A DNA stretch of 64,000 nt, taken from positions 208,174 through 272,173 of the forward strand of contig JBDTVZ010000002.1 in NCBI GenBank assembly GCA_040006935.1, given 5' to 3'. The notes beneath the pieces were generated by a model. The model had not been told where the DNA came from and did no database searches. It saw only the letters and a list, made by a program, of their open reading frames with translations. The stretch is from Candidatus Dojkabacteria bacterium. GTDB lineage: Bacteria; Patescibacteriota; Dojkabacteria; J137. The translations under genes were made by a program, and so were the position numbers. Shown one piece after another: positions 1 through 11,500 of this stretch (position 1 is its first letter; each line of letters begins with the position of its first letter).

Positions 1-1357
1 CTTCTATTTCATTTCTTTTATTAATAATTTCTGGTTCAACATTAGATTCAACATGAATAGCTTTTTTAATTGGATTCTTTTTCTGATGACTTAAAAGATT
101 TAATATTGTATCTTCTGGAACTTCAAGAATTAAGGAAAGCTCCCTTGCATAATGTCTTTGGGATATTTCATCTTTTACAAATGAGACTATTGGTAGAATT
201 AATGTTGAGAGTTTTTTCTTTCCCTCAGCACTTCCTAAATCTAAACCATTTTGAAGTTTGATAAATAAGTACTCTACTGTGTCCTTAGCTTCTTGTATTC
301 TCTTTGGCCATTCTTCGGGATTTTTACAAATTAACTCATCTGCATCCTGGAATCCAGATAGATCAATTACTTTATGACGTAAGCCTACTTCCTCTAAAAT
401 TTCCATGCTTCTCATAAGTGCTTTAGTACCAGCTCCATCTGTATCAAAAGAAAAATAGACTTCATCTACATATCTTTTCAAAAGTTTAGCCTGGTTACTT
501 GTAAATGCAGTTCCAAGTGGAGCAACAATATTTTCTACACCCACTCTATGAGATGAAAGGATGTCTATATTTCCTTCGACTAAAATTGCAAATTTTTCTT
601 TTCGCAAAGCTTCTTTTGCATGATAAAGCCCATAGAGCATTTCATTTTTTTTGTAGACTAACGTTTCCGGAGAATTTAAGTACTTTGGTGCTTCTTTGCT
701 AGTTCCTAAATATCTTCCACTAAATCCAACAACTTGGCCTCTTATATTAAAAATACATTGCATTAATCTATCTCTAAATTTATCAATTGTCTTACCTTCT
801 CTTTCTACGAGAAGTCCCCACTTTACTAATTCTTTTTCAGAAAAATTTTTGGATAATAGGAATTTTTTTAAATTCTCTCTTTGTGAAGTCGCATATCCAA
901 CCATGAATTTTTCTATTCTTGCTCCATCAATTTTTCTCTTTTGAGCATAATCTCTACCTTTTTTTCCTGTTACATGAGTTTGAAGAATGTAGTGATAATA
1001 TTTAGCTGTAAGTGCATTAGCTTCTAATAATCTTTTCTTTTCAAGTTCGATTTTTTCATCTTTTGCAATCGCTCTGCCAGTAAGTTCTACTCCAGCTTTT
1101 TCTGCAGCTATTCTCAAGGCTTCAGGGAATTCTACTCTCTCGATTTCTTGTATAAACGCAATTGAATCCCCTGCCTTTCCACAGCCGAAACATTTATATA
1201 TTTGGAGGCTTGGATTGATCATGAAGGATGGACTTTTTTCGTTATGAAATGGACATAAAGCCCTATAATTGGCTCCCGCTCGAGTTACATTAGGAACATA
1301 GGAAGAAATCACTTCTACAATATCAAGTTTTGACTTAACAAGCTCTATATCTGTCAT
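1..1357 (-). CDS. dnaG: DNA primase, 3' end runs off the window
   Basis: Absent from ORF track. Manual translation from ATG 1357: MTDIELVKSKLDIVEVIS...ALCPFHNEKSPSF...YKCFGCG (CHC2 zinc finger), KYLNSPET, Toprim EGNID and FDTDGAG. Confidence 0.97.
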   Translation of the reverse strand, partial: MTDIELVKSKLDIVEVISSYVPNVTRAGANYRALCPFHNEKSPSFMINPSLQIYKCFGCGKAGDSIAFIQEIERVEFPEALRIAAEKAGVELTGRAIAKDEKIELEKKRLLEANALTAKYYHYILQTHVTGKKGRDYAQKRKIDGARIEKFMVGYATSQRENLKKFLLSKNFSEKELVKWGLLVEREGKTIDKFRDRLMQCIFNIRGQVVGFSGRYLGTSKEAPKYLNSPETLVYKKNEMLYGLYHAKEALRKEKFAILVEGNIDILSSHRVGVENIVAPLGTAFTSNQAKLLKRYVDEVYFSFDTDGAGTKALMRSMEILEEVGLRHKVIDLSGFQDADELICKNPEEWPKRIQEAKDTVEYLFIKLQNGLDLGSAEGKKKLSTLILPIVSFVKDEISQRHYARELSLILEVPEDTILNLLSHQKKNPIKKAIHVESNVEPEIINKRNEIE

Positions 1358-1438
1358 ATTAGTAATAATAACATAACGAAAAAACGTTTCTATGTATCTA
1401 TATTGCCATGATATAATTAAATATTTTAATGCTAATTT

Positions 1439-1819
1439 ATGGAAACATTTAGTAATAGTCCCTGTTATGGTTGTGGTGGGCAATGTTGCAAAGATATGAT
1501 GGCTTCAATCACCAAGGAGGAGCTCGAAACGTTTAAGATCTATAATACAATATTCATCCTCGATACTGCAGACTATATGATCGTATTAAAGAAAGTTTTA
1601 AAAGGCGAGACTGTTGGAAGAGGAATTTATGTTTGGAACAGTGAAGAAGATGGTCTCTATGATATTATAATATCTGGAAGCTGTGAGAATTTAAATCAAG
1701 ATGGAATGTGTAATATTCACGAAATCAGACCTGATATGTGCAAGTCTTTTCCTGCAGACGCTGGTGAATGCTTGAGTATAAGAAAATCTTCTATGGTGAA
1801 TATTTCGGATATTAAATAA
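1439..1819 (+). CDS. YkgJ-family Cys-cluster (Zn/Fe-chelating) protein
   Basis: CxxCxxxCC near N-terminus and C-x2-L...CNIHEIRPDMCKSFP motif. Confidence 0.8.
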   Translation: METFSNSPCYGCGGQCCKDMMASITKEELETFKIYNTIFILDTADYMIVLKKVLKGETVGRGIYVWNSEEDGLYDIIISGSCENLNQDGMCNIHEIRPDMCKSFPADAGECLSIRKSSMVNISDIK

Positions 1820-1877
1820 ATTATTTCGATTTGTCCCTAAATGTTTTATTATATTGTATATATCTAAAAAATACTCT

Positions 1878-2330
1878 ATGGAAATATTTATAGCATCGGA
1901 TCACGGCGGTTTTGAATTGAAGAATAAAATAAAAGAATATTTAGAATCTAAAAATCTTGATTTTCTAGACTTAGGTCCTAAAAGAGTAAATCCCGAGGAC
2001 GACTATCCTGACTACGCTTTTGCTGTGGCTACAGAAATGCAAAATAATCCAGAATCCTTAGGGATACTAATTTGCAGAAGTGGAAACGGAATGTGTATTG
2101 CTGCAAACAAAGTAAAAGGTATTTACGCTGCACTCTGCTTTACATCTCATCATGCGCAAAAGGCTCGCGAAGATGATAATGCTAATGTCTTGTGTCTGGA
2201 CTCAGATTACGAAGGCGAAGATGATCATTTAAAAATTGTAGAGAGTTTTATTAATTCTAAATTTGCTGGTCCAGAAACTCGTCATGGTAGAAGGTTTATG
2301 AAAATCGTTGAATTCGAAAATAATAACTAA
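1878..2330 (+). CDS. rpiB: Ribose-5-phosphate isomerase B
   Basis: IASDHGG, DYPDYA, GILICRSGNGMCIAANKVKGI, RHGRR; start moved to ATG 1878. Confidence 0.93.
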   Translation: MEIFIASDHGGFELKNKIKEYLESKNLDFLDLGPKRVNPEDDYPDYAFAVATEMQNNPESLGILICRSGNGMCIAANKVKGIYAALCFTSHHAQKAREDDNANVLCLDSDYEGEDDHLKIVESFINSKFAGPETRHGRRFMKIVEFENNN

Positions 2331-2420
2331 TACTAATATATAACCAAGATTTAACGCTGTGGTTTGCTATCATCTTATTGTTTATGTAAAATAGCTTAAT
2401 AAACTTTTAATTTTATTGCA

Positions 2421-3278
2421 GTGAATTTATTAGACCCCATTTTATTAGGAGCTTTACAGGGATTAACAGAATTTATTCCTGTTTCTAGTTCAGGACATTT
2501 GTATATTTTCCCTAAAATCTTTAATGCCCCAGCATACTTAAGTTCTACTTCTTTTATACTATTTTTACATCTAGGTACTCTATTAGCTCTTCTGATTTAC
2601 TATCGAAAATTAATAATTAAATACGTACAAGTTTCCCTTAGATATTTAAAATCTAGGGAACCTAAAGGTGAAGACAAAAAAGATATTTTGGTTATTCGAA
2701 ATGTAATACTTGGAACAATTCCTGCAGGTTTGATTGGTTTAATAGTAGATAAGTTTTTGAGCAATCTATACGACGAACAAATAATGGATAAAAACGTTGC
2801 ATTTTTTGTAGTAGCAATTCCTATGATAATTATGGGATTATTATTCATTTTCGAGACAAGAATTATCAAAGGTAATGATAAAAATATTGAAGATTTAAGT
2901 ATTAACAAAACTCTAACTGTAGGACTATCCCAAGCTATTGCATTTATACGTGGAGTTTCGAGATCTGGTATCACTCTACTTTCAGGACAATTTGCAGGTT
3001 TAAGTAGAGTTTCCGCTGCAGAGTTTTCTTTTTTAATTAGTATTCCAATTATATCTGCTTCAAGTTTACTTGAAGTTATACAATTTATTAAAGATTCATC
3101 TAGTTTTTCGAGTGACTTAATTGCCGCATATATTTTAGGAGCCGTGACTTCTTTTGTAATAGGGCTTTTCGCAATAAATTTTCTTTTGAAATTTCTAAGG
3201 ACTAGAAGCTTAGCTGTGTTTGGTTATTACAGAGTTTATTTTGGAGTGTTTCTAATCTTCTTAATTATTTTTAGATAA
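2421..3278 (+). CDS. uppP: Undecaprenyl-diphosphate phosphatase
   Basis: QGLTEFIPVSSSGHL, HLGT, GVSRSGIT, AAEFSFL motifs; multiple TM helices. Confidence 0.95.
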   Translation: MNLLDPILLGALQGLTEFIPVSSSGHLYIFPKIFNAPAYLSSTSFILFLHLGTLLALLIYYRKLIIKYVQVSLRYLKSREPKGEDKKDILVIRNVILGTIPAGLIGLIVDKFLSNLYDEQIMDKNVAFFVVAIPMIIMGLLFIFETRIIKGNDKNIEDLSINKTLTVGLSQAIAFIRGVSRSGITLLSGQFAGLSRVSAAEFSFLISIPIISASSLLEVIQFIKDSSSFSSDLIAAYILGAVTSFVIGLFAINFLLKFLRTRSLAVFGYYRVYFGVFLIFLIIFR

Positions 3279-4204
3279 TGAAAAAAGCTGTGCTCTTTGG
3301 AGCAACTGGTTTAATTGGCACTGAATTAATTCAATCTTTATTAAAAAGTGATTATTCGGCTGTAGTTGTGAGTCGGGATAAAACTAAAGCAGAAAATTCA
3401 AACCCTTGGTTGAATAGTAATGAAAGTAAAATCAGATTTCTGAGTAGCGATGACGAAGTTGACATAATACAATCTATAAATGGAGCTGATGCAGTTATAA
3501 ATTTAGCTGGTGCAGGACTTTTTGATAAAAGATGGTCCAAACAATATAAAGAAGTTCTATTTGATAGTCGAGTTGATATTACAAAAGCTATTGTTGGTTA
3601 TATCTCTAAAGCGAAAGAAAAACCTAAAGTTTTTATTAGTGGATCCGCAGTGGGATATTATGGTGGAACTATAAGCGATAAAGTTCTAGACGAAAGCTCT
3701 CCTTCTGGCTTTGATTTTTTAGCTCAGCTTTGCACAGCTTGGGAAAACGAAGCTAATAAAGTTAAAAATTCCAGGGTTAGAGTTATCAATTTAAGAACAG
3801 GAATAGTATTTTCTAAAATGGGCGGAGCCTTATCTAAATTATTAGCAGGAATTAAATTTAAAATTGGTACTTATTTTAAACCTGGAACTCAATACTTATC
3901 TTGGATACATATTGAAGATTTGGTTAGTATAATTATGACCTGTATTAGTAATAAAAAGGTTAACGGACCCATTAATGCTACAGCACCCAAACCCCTGACG
4001 TATAAGAAACTTTCAGAAGATATTTTTGAAGTTTACCAACCTTTATTTACTATTCCAGTTCCTAAAATTTTAGCGAGACTTATTATCGGAGAAAGCTCAA
4101 CACTCCTTACTACGGGGCAAAAAGTAACACCACAAAAACTTCTAGGCTTAAATTTTGAATTTAAGTATACAGAAGCTCTGCAGGCGTTACATAATCTAAG
4201 TTAA
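3278..4204 (+). CDS. TIGR01777/YfcH-family NAD-dependent epimerase
   Basis: GATGLIG, AVINLAG, SAVGYYG, FLAQLCTAWE, LRTGIV, SWIHIED. Confidence 0.9.
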   Translation: MKKAVLFGATGLIGTELIQSLLKSDYSAVVVSRDKTKAENSNPWLNSNESKIRFLSSDDEVDIIQSINGADAVINLAGAGLFDKRWSKQYKEVLFDSRVDITKAIVGYISKAKEKPKVFISGSAVGYYGGTISDKVLDESSPSGFDFLAQLCTAWENEANKVKNSRVRVINLRTGIVFSKMGGALSKLLAGIKFKIGTYFKPGTQYLSWIHIEDLVSIIMTCISNKKVNGPINATAPKPLTYKKLSEDIFEVYQPLFTIPVPKILARLIIGESSTLLTTGQKVTPQKLLGLNFEFKYTEALQALHNLS

Positions 4205-4205
4205 C

Positions 4206-4604
4206 TTACTTCCAAAGAGCAAATAAAACTCCCATCATAAGGAAGTTTGCAAGAAAATATCCAGAATCTATTAGAACTAATTTAAAATTCTTATTTTCAA
4301 AAATACCATTAGTAAAAAATGGCACAAATGTAAATCCTACCCAAACTAAAGCACCTAATGCTAAACCGTCTACCAGAGTACTTACTCCTAGGTAACTAAC
4401 AAACATAGCGAATACAACTGCTGAGACTATTGCTCCAACTGAAGTCATTGCATAACTCATACTAGAGCCATTCATATCTTCAGCCTTCTTACCAATTAAT
4501 TTTACCCACATTGTTCCAAATACTGGCATGGAATACCAAATGAATCCTGTAACCATACTTAACACCGCAGCTACAACAACTGCAAAAATGTTTACTGACG
4601 GCAT
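4206..4604 (-). CDS. DUF1761-family membrane protein
   Basis: VNIFAVVVAA...GFIWYS..FGTMW...IDSGY pattern, 4 TM; start moved to ATG 4604. Confidence 0.8.
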   Translation of the reverse strand: MPSVNIFAVVVAAVLSMVTGFIWYSMPVFGTMWVKLIGKKAEDMNGSSMSYAMTSVGAIVSAVVFAMFVSYLGVSTLVDGLALGALVWVGFTFVPFFTNGIFENKNFKLVLIDSGYFLANFLMMGVLFALWK

Positions 4605-4659
4605 AGAGAGAAAATAATAAATATTATTATTAATATAAATCTCCAATAAGAAACAGTCA

Positions 4660-4796
4660 AATACTAAATTACAAAACACAAACAAAAAACAAATTAAAAC
4701 TTACAAATAAGCAACAAATATTAGATTTAGTATTTGGATTTTTTGAAACTCTTTGTTTGAGCTTTGTGATTGTTTAGAATTTAGATATTAGGATTT
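4660..4796. repeat. Degenerate heptamer-type intergenic repeat, roughly inverted arrangement
   Basis: A-rich arm aaatactaaattacaaa... followed by T-rich arm ...tttagaatttagatattaggattt; similar tract at 18241-18348. Confidence 0.55.
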
Positions 4797-5520
4797 AAAA
4801 TTTTATCTCATGTATATCAAAATCTCCCCAAGGTTTTTCGTCACCGGGAAAACTGCTGAAATTTAAGATTTCATGAGTTATTGGATGAGGAAAACTTAAT
4901 CTATAAGCCCAGAGTGCTGGAAATTTTTCTGATTGTGGTTTTGGATTATATTTTGTATCACCGATAAGAGCGAACCCAAGGTGTGCGAATTGTGCTCTAA
5001 TTTGATGGAATCTACCAGTTTCTAAGTTAATTTCAATTAATGTTTTGTTATCTTTTATCTCGATAATTTTATATTTTAACTTGGATAGTTTTGCTCTCTC
5101 TGACATTGGATGAAAACTCTCGTAAGTTTTTGCGTCAACTGCAGAATCAAATATTAATGCCTTATTAATCTCTTTATCTTTTACTAAATAATTTTCTAAT
5201 GTTTGATATTCATTAGTATCTTTTTCTAATGCTCCGTCCAATATTGCAATATATCTTTTATCCATTTCGCCATTGATAATTGATTTTGATAATCTTCCAG
5301 CGGATTTAGAATTCTTAGCAAAAACCATTATTCCTGCAACATTTTTATCTAATCTATGGACTAGACCTAAAAAAACATTTCCCGGTTTATCGTCTCGGTT
5401 TTTTATTATCTTTTTTAGCTCTGTGAGCATGTCTGGAGAGTCTGTTCCATCAGATTGGGAAAGAATCCCAACTGGTTTTTGTGCTACTAATATTTGATTG
5501 TCTTCGAATAAAATTGTCAT
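4795..5520 (-). CDS. RluA/RluD-family RNA pseudouridine synthase
   Basis: KPVG, VHRLDKNVAG (catalytic Asp), LETGRFHQIRAQ, GDTKY. Confidence 0.93.
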   Translation of the reverse strand: MTILFEDNQILVAQKPVGILSQSDGTDSPDMLTELKKIIKNRDDKPGNVFLGLVHRLDKNVAGIMVFAKNSKSAGRLSKSIINGEMDKRYIAILDGALEKDTNEYQTLENYLVKDKEINKALIFDSAVDAKTYESFHPMSERAKLSKLKYKIIEIKDNKTLIEINLETGRFHQIRAQFAHLGFALIGDTKYNPKPQSEKFPALWAYRLSFPHPITHEILNFSSFPGDEKPWGDFDIHEIKF

Positions 5521-5532
5521 ATGTTAGTTATT

Positions 5533-5648
5533 CCTCCTCTATTTAAGAGGAGGTTGGGAGGAGTTAATACCGCACCGAAACCAGGTAATTGTTTGTGCGG
5601 TCCATATTGTTATTCATAACTCCCCTAACCCCTCTTACAAAGAGGGAA
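5533..5648. repeat. REP-like paired hairpins (CCTC...GAGG class)
   Basis: cctcctct-attta-agaggagg followed by ggttgggaggagtta, inverted partner taactcccctaacc plus ccctct-tacaa-agaggg. Confidence 0.65.
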
Positions 5649-5679
5649 ATAATTTATAATTTTAATTGTTAATTTATAA

Positions 5680-6543
5680 TTAATCTCTCTCCCACCTAAT
5701 AGAAACTCCACACGGTAGGAACAGACCTGGCCTAGTTTCAATTGATAATCCAATTTCATTTGAATACACTTTACCACTAAAATTTTCCAATATTTGATCT
5801 TTTAGAATATTTTCCATAGCATATCTAGAAATATCGTTAGCATAAGAATTTATTAACATGAATGAGGCATCGTCGCTTAATAATTCTTTGCATAGAGTTA
5901 TTAATTCATTAAGGCTTTTCTCTATTTCCCATATTTCTCCTTCTTTTCCTCTTCCAAAAGCTGGGGGATCCATAATTATTCCATGGTATTTATTTCCTCT
6001 TCTGATTTCTCTTTGCACAAATTTAATAACGTCGTCTTGAATAAATCTAACTTTTTTATCTAAAAGATTGGAGGATTCTACATTTGCTTTTGCAAGTTCA
6101 ATCATTCCACGCGATGCATCTATATGGACAACTTCTGCTCCGGCTGACAATGCGGCAACGGTTGCTCCCCCCGTATAAGCAAAGAGATTTAGTATTTTGA
6201 GGCTTTGAGGTTCTCTTGTAATTCTTTCTATAATCCATTCCCAGTTCACTGCTTGTTCGGGGAAAAGTCCTGTGTGTTTAAAACTTGTTGGTTTTATATT
6301 GAACTTTAGATTATCGTAAGATATTTCCCAAAAATCCGGAATTTTATTAATATTTTCCCAAAAACCTCCTCCTGATTTATTTCTATGATAGAAAGCATCA
6401 GCTTTATCCCATAAATTCGACTTCTTATTCCAAATCGCTTGTGGGTCTGGTCTTCTCAATATATATTTTCCCCATTGTTCGAGTTTTTCACCTTCGCCTG
6501 CGTCTAAAACTTTAAAATCTTGCCATTTATCTGCTACCCACAT
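5680..6543 (-). CDS. Class I SAM-dependent methyltransferase, RlmI/RlmK-like
   Basis: GEKLEQWG, RPDPQAIW, FKHTGLFPEQ, LNLFAYTGGAT, IMDPPAFGRG. Confidence 0.9.
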   Translation of the reverse strand: MWVADKWQDFKVLDAGEGEKLEQWGKYILRRPDPQAIWNKKSNLWDKADAFYHRNKSGGGFWENINKIPDFWEISYDNLKFNIKPTSFKHTGLFPEQAVNWEWIIERITREPQSLKILNLFAYTGGATVAALSAGAEVVHIDASRGMIELAKANVESSNLLDKKVRFIQDDVIKFVQREIRRGNKYHGIIMDPPAFGRGKEGEIWEIEKSLNELITLCKELLSDDASFMLINSYANDISRYAMENILKDQILENFSGKVYSNEIGLSIETRPGLFLPCGVSIRWERD

Positions 6544-6698
6544 ATTAAAATGAATAAATTAAAAAATTAAAGAATGAAGAGATTTACCCTTCGATAAACT
6601 CAGAATGACATTAGAATCTTCTGTCATGTGAACCATAATTCGTTCATTTTTTCATTCATTAGTATTATACTAGGATTAATTCATATACAAAAGAAATT

Positions 6699-7943
6699 AT
6701 GATTACTGAAAAAATAAAGAAGTTAAAGCTGATTAATGAATTCTATTTCTTTAGAATAATCTTTCAAATAAGTTCGTACTTCATGTATTCATTCTATTTA
6801 ATTCTTCTGTATAAACAAACTAATGATTTTAAAGTTCTAATTTTAGATTCAATAATATTTTATGCGGGTGGGTGGATTGGATTTATTTTTGGAAGCGTTG
6901 CCCTTCAGAGAGTTGGCTACGTAAATACTTTTCGACTTAGCTTTATATTTACAGCAATTGCTGGAATTGCCATTTTAGTATCTATTCCCCAGATTGCATT
7001 ACTTTTTCCATTACTCAGTTTATTGAGAGGTTTTGGAAGAGGAATATTCTGGCCTGTTTACCATACCTACACTCTAAAAGAATTTAATGTTGGGGAGAGA
7101 GGAAATATTATTAGTATTGTAACAAGCACTAACTTACTACTTGATATTGCATTTCCAGTATTGGTGGGAACGTTAATCTCCTATTCAGGAGATTATGTAT
7201 TAATTTATATTATTGGTAGTGCAATATTATTAACCTCTGTCTTGGTAAAGTTTGGTTACAACAAAATGCCAAGTACAAAAATTACCTCTCAGGAGATTAG
7301 CAATATTTTAAAAGATAAAGTTTTTGTTAAGTTTGCAATCCTAACAATTTTTGATCAAATTGCATGGATAGTAGTGGCTTTCACGATTCTAATTCTTCCT
7401 TTTATATTTACTAAAAACGAAGGGGATGCGGGGGCTATTATGAGTATTGTTAACCTGATTGCTGCAATAATTGCATTTACGCAAAGAAAAGCAATAGTTA
7501 GGAAAAGCATCGGCCTAAGCAAATTTGGTTACATTTTTGGACTTCTATCGGCGATAGTTCTTATATATTTCTGGAATGTTATTGGTTTAACTATAAGCAT
7601 GATTTTGATGATTTTATGCGTCTCGTTAAGGGATCCTTTGGAAGAAAAATTAGTTGTTTATATCAAGCAGATAATATTAGACAAGCTTAAGAACCAATCA
7701 GCTATAGAAATGAATATGATTATGGAAAGTATTTACCTAATAGGAAGAACAATTGGCTTGATAATATTTTTACTCTCATTTATTTTTATTAATAATTCTG
7801 ACAATGTATTTAAGATATTTATATTAATATCTTCCTTGTGGGGGTTTATCAATATATACTTTCTACTTAGAATCACTCGGAAGCATAAAAAAGAGCTAGT
7901 TGAAATGACAATTAGCTCTAATGATAATTCTATTTTGAGATAA
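6699..7943 (+). CDS. MFS-type multi-pass transporter
   Basis: About 12 hydrophobic helices; GFGRGIFW...ERGNI motif. Confidence 0.75.
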   Translation: MITEKIKKLKLINEFYFFRIIFQISSYFMYSFYLILLYKQTNDFKVLILDSIIFYAGGWIGFIFGSVALQRVGYVNTFRLSFIFTAIAGIAILVSIPQIALLFPLLSLLRGFGRGIFWPVYHTYTLKEFNVGERGNIISIVTSTNLLLDIAFPVLVGTLISYSGDYVLIYIIGSAILLTSVLVKFGYNKMPSTKITSQEISNILKDKVFVKFAILTIFDQIAWIVVAFTILILPFIFTKNEGDAGAIMSIVNLIAAIIAFTQRKAIVRKSIGLSKFGYIFGLLSAIVLIYFWNVIGLTISMILMILCVSLRDPLEEKLVVYIKQIILDKLKNQSAIEMNMIMESIYLIGRTIGLIIFLLSFIFINNSDNVFKIFILISSLWGFINIYFLLRITRKHKKELVEMTISSNDNSILR

Positions 7944-8453
7944 CTATGCTGTTAACTTTAGGATTTTATACTTGATTATTTTGTTAGGTAGCACAACATC
8001 AACAGTATCTCCTACTTTTGCGTTATAAATAGCTTTCCCAATTGGTGAATCTACTGAGATTTTCCCTTCCAATGGATTTGCTACTTTTGTTTCTTCTGAT
8101 CCTACTAGAACTACTATTCTCTTATCTTTATTTTCAACATTTTGAATCTCCACTTTTTCTCCAATACTAATTGAGTTATCCTGTGTATTCTCATCTGCAA
8201 TTTTAGCAATGGCAAGAATATCCTCAATTTCGAGAATTCTATTTTCATTCATTTCTTTCTTTTCCATTGCTACTGAGTAAGCGTGATTTTCACTTAAGTC
8301 ACCAAGCTCTCTTGCTGCTGCAATTTCATCGGCAATATCCTTTCTTAAAACCTTAATTCTATTATCAAGCTCAGCCTCTAGTTGATTGTAGGCTTCCTGA
8401 GTCATTGTCATTAATTTCTCCTCTATTTTGCCATTCTTTCTTGTCTTAGCCAT
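7944..8453 (-). CDS. greA: Transcription elongation factor GreA
   Basis: ARELGDLSENHAY, ISVDSPIGKAI. Confidence 0.95.
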   Translation of the reverse strand: MAKTRKNGKIEEKLMTMTQEAYNQLEAELDNRIKVLRKDIADEIAAARELGDLSENHAYSVAMEKKEMNENRILEIEDILAIAKIADENTQDNSISIGEKVEIQNVENKDKRIVVLVGSEETKVANPLEGKISVDSPIGKAIYNAKVGDTVDVVLPNKIIKYKILKLTA

Positions 8454-8520
8454 ATTGTGTAAATAAAAAATTTGATCTCTAAAAAGATTTTGATTATATC
8501 ACCAAGTCTAATTATTTAAA

Positions 8521-8551
8521 AATGAGTCTTCTAACTAAAAGAAAACTCATT
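8521..8551. terminator. Imperfect hairpin after the 8579 stop codon, possible terminator
   Basis: aatgagtcttct...agaaaactcatt inverted repeat. Confidence 0.35.
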
Positions 8552-8578
8552 CTTGAAATCGAAGTTTATCTTACTAAA

Positions 8579-11500
8579 TCACCGTTTAATTGTCAAATCT
8601 ATGAGTTGATCGTCAAAAAGTGACTGTGTGAAAGTGACCGGATTAGAAGATAGGTCAAGGCTTGGAGAGGATGATAAAATCTTATTTGATATGTCAGTTT
8701 GGAATGTCAAATATGAAGTTGCAAAAGAACCTTTAGGCTTAGCTTGACCTAAGCTTAACAAAATTTTGTCATCTATCACTCTTCCTTGATTTGGAATATT
8801 CCATTTTACTGTTACTTTACTTTCACTTACCACTCTAAATGCAGCACATTTTTCTGAGTCAGTTGAATTTATAACAACCCTTTCTGCTGGGAAATCTTCG
8901 AAACTTATATTTGTATTTGGTACAGACAAAGGTAAGCATAAAGATACTTCTTGAGAATTTCCAATGTTAGGGAACGTCATACTTACTTTGTAAGTTAAAT
9001 CACTAGAGTTTGTAATCAATATTTGACTATCTACACTAATGCTTGGGTATTTATTGGGATTCACAACCTTAGTATCTTCTACGTTTACGGCTGGTTTAAA
9101 GTACATATCTGTAGAATTTATTTTATTACCATCTAAATCACTCTCAGCTATAAACCCAGAGTAATCCAAACTCTCTGTTTGTACATAAATATTTTTATTA
9201 TTAAATTCATTATTTAATACGTTGAAAAGAACTGGTAGATTCGCTTGAGTATCACTAAGTATTGAATTAAATGTATAAGCCAAGAGTTGTGCACTTATTC
9301 TGTATTTGGATGCAAGGCTTGGATTAGCATCTTGCACACTTTCTAAATTTGTTAGGAAATTTCCATCCGCAAAATTAACATTATTAACTTCTAATTTCTT
9401 TCCTGTGAATACTTGTTTATCAATATTATCCAGTGCACTATAGTTAATTGCCACTACTCCATCGACTTCCTTTTTAAAACTTGATGCAAAAACTTTCTTC
9501 ATTATAGATTGATATTCATTAAAATCTGAAACATCCCCTATATCTGTTAATGTTAAATTCTGAAGAGTTTTATATGTGTACTTTCTATTATTAATCTGTT
9601 TTAAATCAGCTTCACTTACTGCCGATAAGTCGGGTGTAAAATCGCTCGCAGAATTCACTACAACATCTGTAACACTTCCTTTATTAACAGTAACTAGTGC
9701 AAATGCTGCAATATCTCCTCCTATTGGTTTTAATCTTGTATTATCAAGTAAAACAAAAAGATAAACTTTAGCACTTTTATAACCCAATAAATCCGAGATA
9801 TTTTCCGCTGAAACCGTTGATTCAGACCAATGGTTGCTATTTTCAACATTCTTTCTTAAATTTACGAATTTATTTTGTATAAAACTCGGATAAAGGCTTG
9901 AATCAACGTTATCTATTAATTCAATACTTTTATCCACCTTATCTTTTCCTAATGCTAAGAAGGGTGAACGGTCTTCTAATATTTTTAAATAGCTTGAATA
10001 ATCAGCTCCATTGTTTGAGACAGCTAGATAGCTATCTGATCCTGCTCTTAGTTGGGTATTATTTTTAAAATTTGCTAAATAATCATAGAAAGGTGCAGTT
10101 GCGTAGGCCATATTAGAAACACCTTCTGCATATAGTTTAAATGCTGAAATACCCTTTTTAACTTCATTATAATTTTTCCCGAGTGCAATAATCCTTGCTG
10201 GCAGCTCAAATCTAGTTACTACGGTATCAATATTGCTTAGTGAATTTTTAATTCTATCTGCGTCACCTGCAACTAGATCCATTCTGGAGTTTTGAATATT
10301 GATTTCTAAGCTTTGGTATTCTGGCAAAATTAATAGGAATTCCTTGGCGATTACTATTACTGGTGAGAAAATATACAAATAGAATGAAATTAAAATTCCA
10401 AAGCTTAATAAAATTAAACCAGCTTCCAGTGGTGTTTTGTTTTTAAATATACTGAATGTTTGGCCTACTAATCTTACTTTTTCCCATGACCAATTGGTAA
10501 ATCTCTCCGTAAAAGTTCTTGGTTTTCGCTTCCGTTTATCTCTAATTGTATTTGCAGCATATTCTATTTGTCTTTTTCTATCATCCTCTTGCCTCTTTCT
10601 TTCTGCGATTAACCTTGATACTGGCCCTGTAGTATCATCCATTTCACTAGTTTGTGATTGATTTTTATCGGCCAAGTCGACAAAACTTTTTAATTTATCT
10701 ACAAAATTTTTGCTACCGCTTACTTTTGTTGATGTGCTCATCTCCAAAAGATATATTTTCCCAGCTGCAATAGATTGCTTAATAGCTTTTTCAAAGGGAA
10801 CTCTTGTAGTCCATCCAATCTGGCTTAAATTTGGTGCTGGTTTATAGAATTTAATTGTTGGGAGGTTATCCTTTTCATCTATAAATTCAATATTCTGAGC
10901 GTTTTCCTCTACTTCTTGGATTTTATATGCAATCGATAAATGACTAAATTGGTTGTCGTAACTCAAAGAATAAATATTTCCTTTTGTATTTGGAGAAAAT
11001 TGTGCCTTAATAATTCCATATGCTGCATCTAGAACATGCACTAGGAACTCTGTATCTAAACCATCTTTTTTGAGTTTAAGATTTTCTTCTTTTGCTGCAG
11101 ATAAAATTAGGTCGACAAAAGGTGTGTTTTTATTAAAATCTATTCCATCGCCAATAATTTCTGCTAGCCTTACAATTCGCACGTCCAGATTGACTCTTTC
11201 AAAATATTCCATTGATAAGCTTTCTGCATATCTTTGTAGTTCCAAATTGGTATAAACCTTATGTTTTGCTGCTGCATCTGGAGTGTAACTGGAACCTAGT
11301 TCATCGTTTGCTAAAACTCTTTGGTGAGCTTTTATTGAAGTTGTTAGGAGAACTTTTGCATCAAACTTAGTCGCAAGTTTGAGAGTTGAGTCGTAGTAAT
11401 TTGAGAAGTTTAGGAAATCCTGAGTTGAAATTTGCGCAACTGTATCTCCAGTATCGTGTGCAAAGTAGAATACATAATCCAACCTTCTTATTTCTTCGTC

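Noticed and set aside
70-944. Three short plus-strand ORFs
   Set aside because: Antisense shadows of dnaG. The other short ORFs overlapping long genes (e.g. 2600, 36366, 42095, 48129, 56111) are rejected for the same reason.
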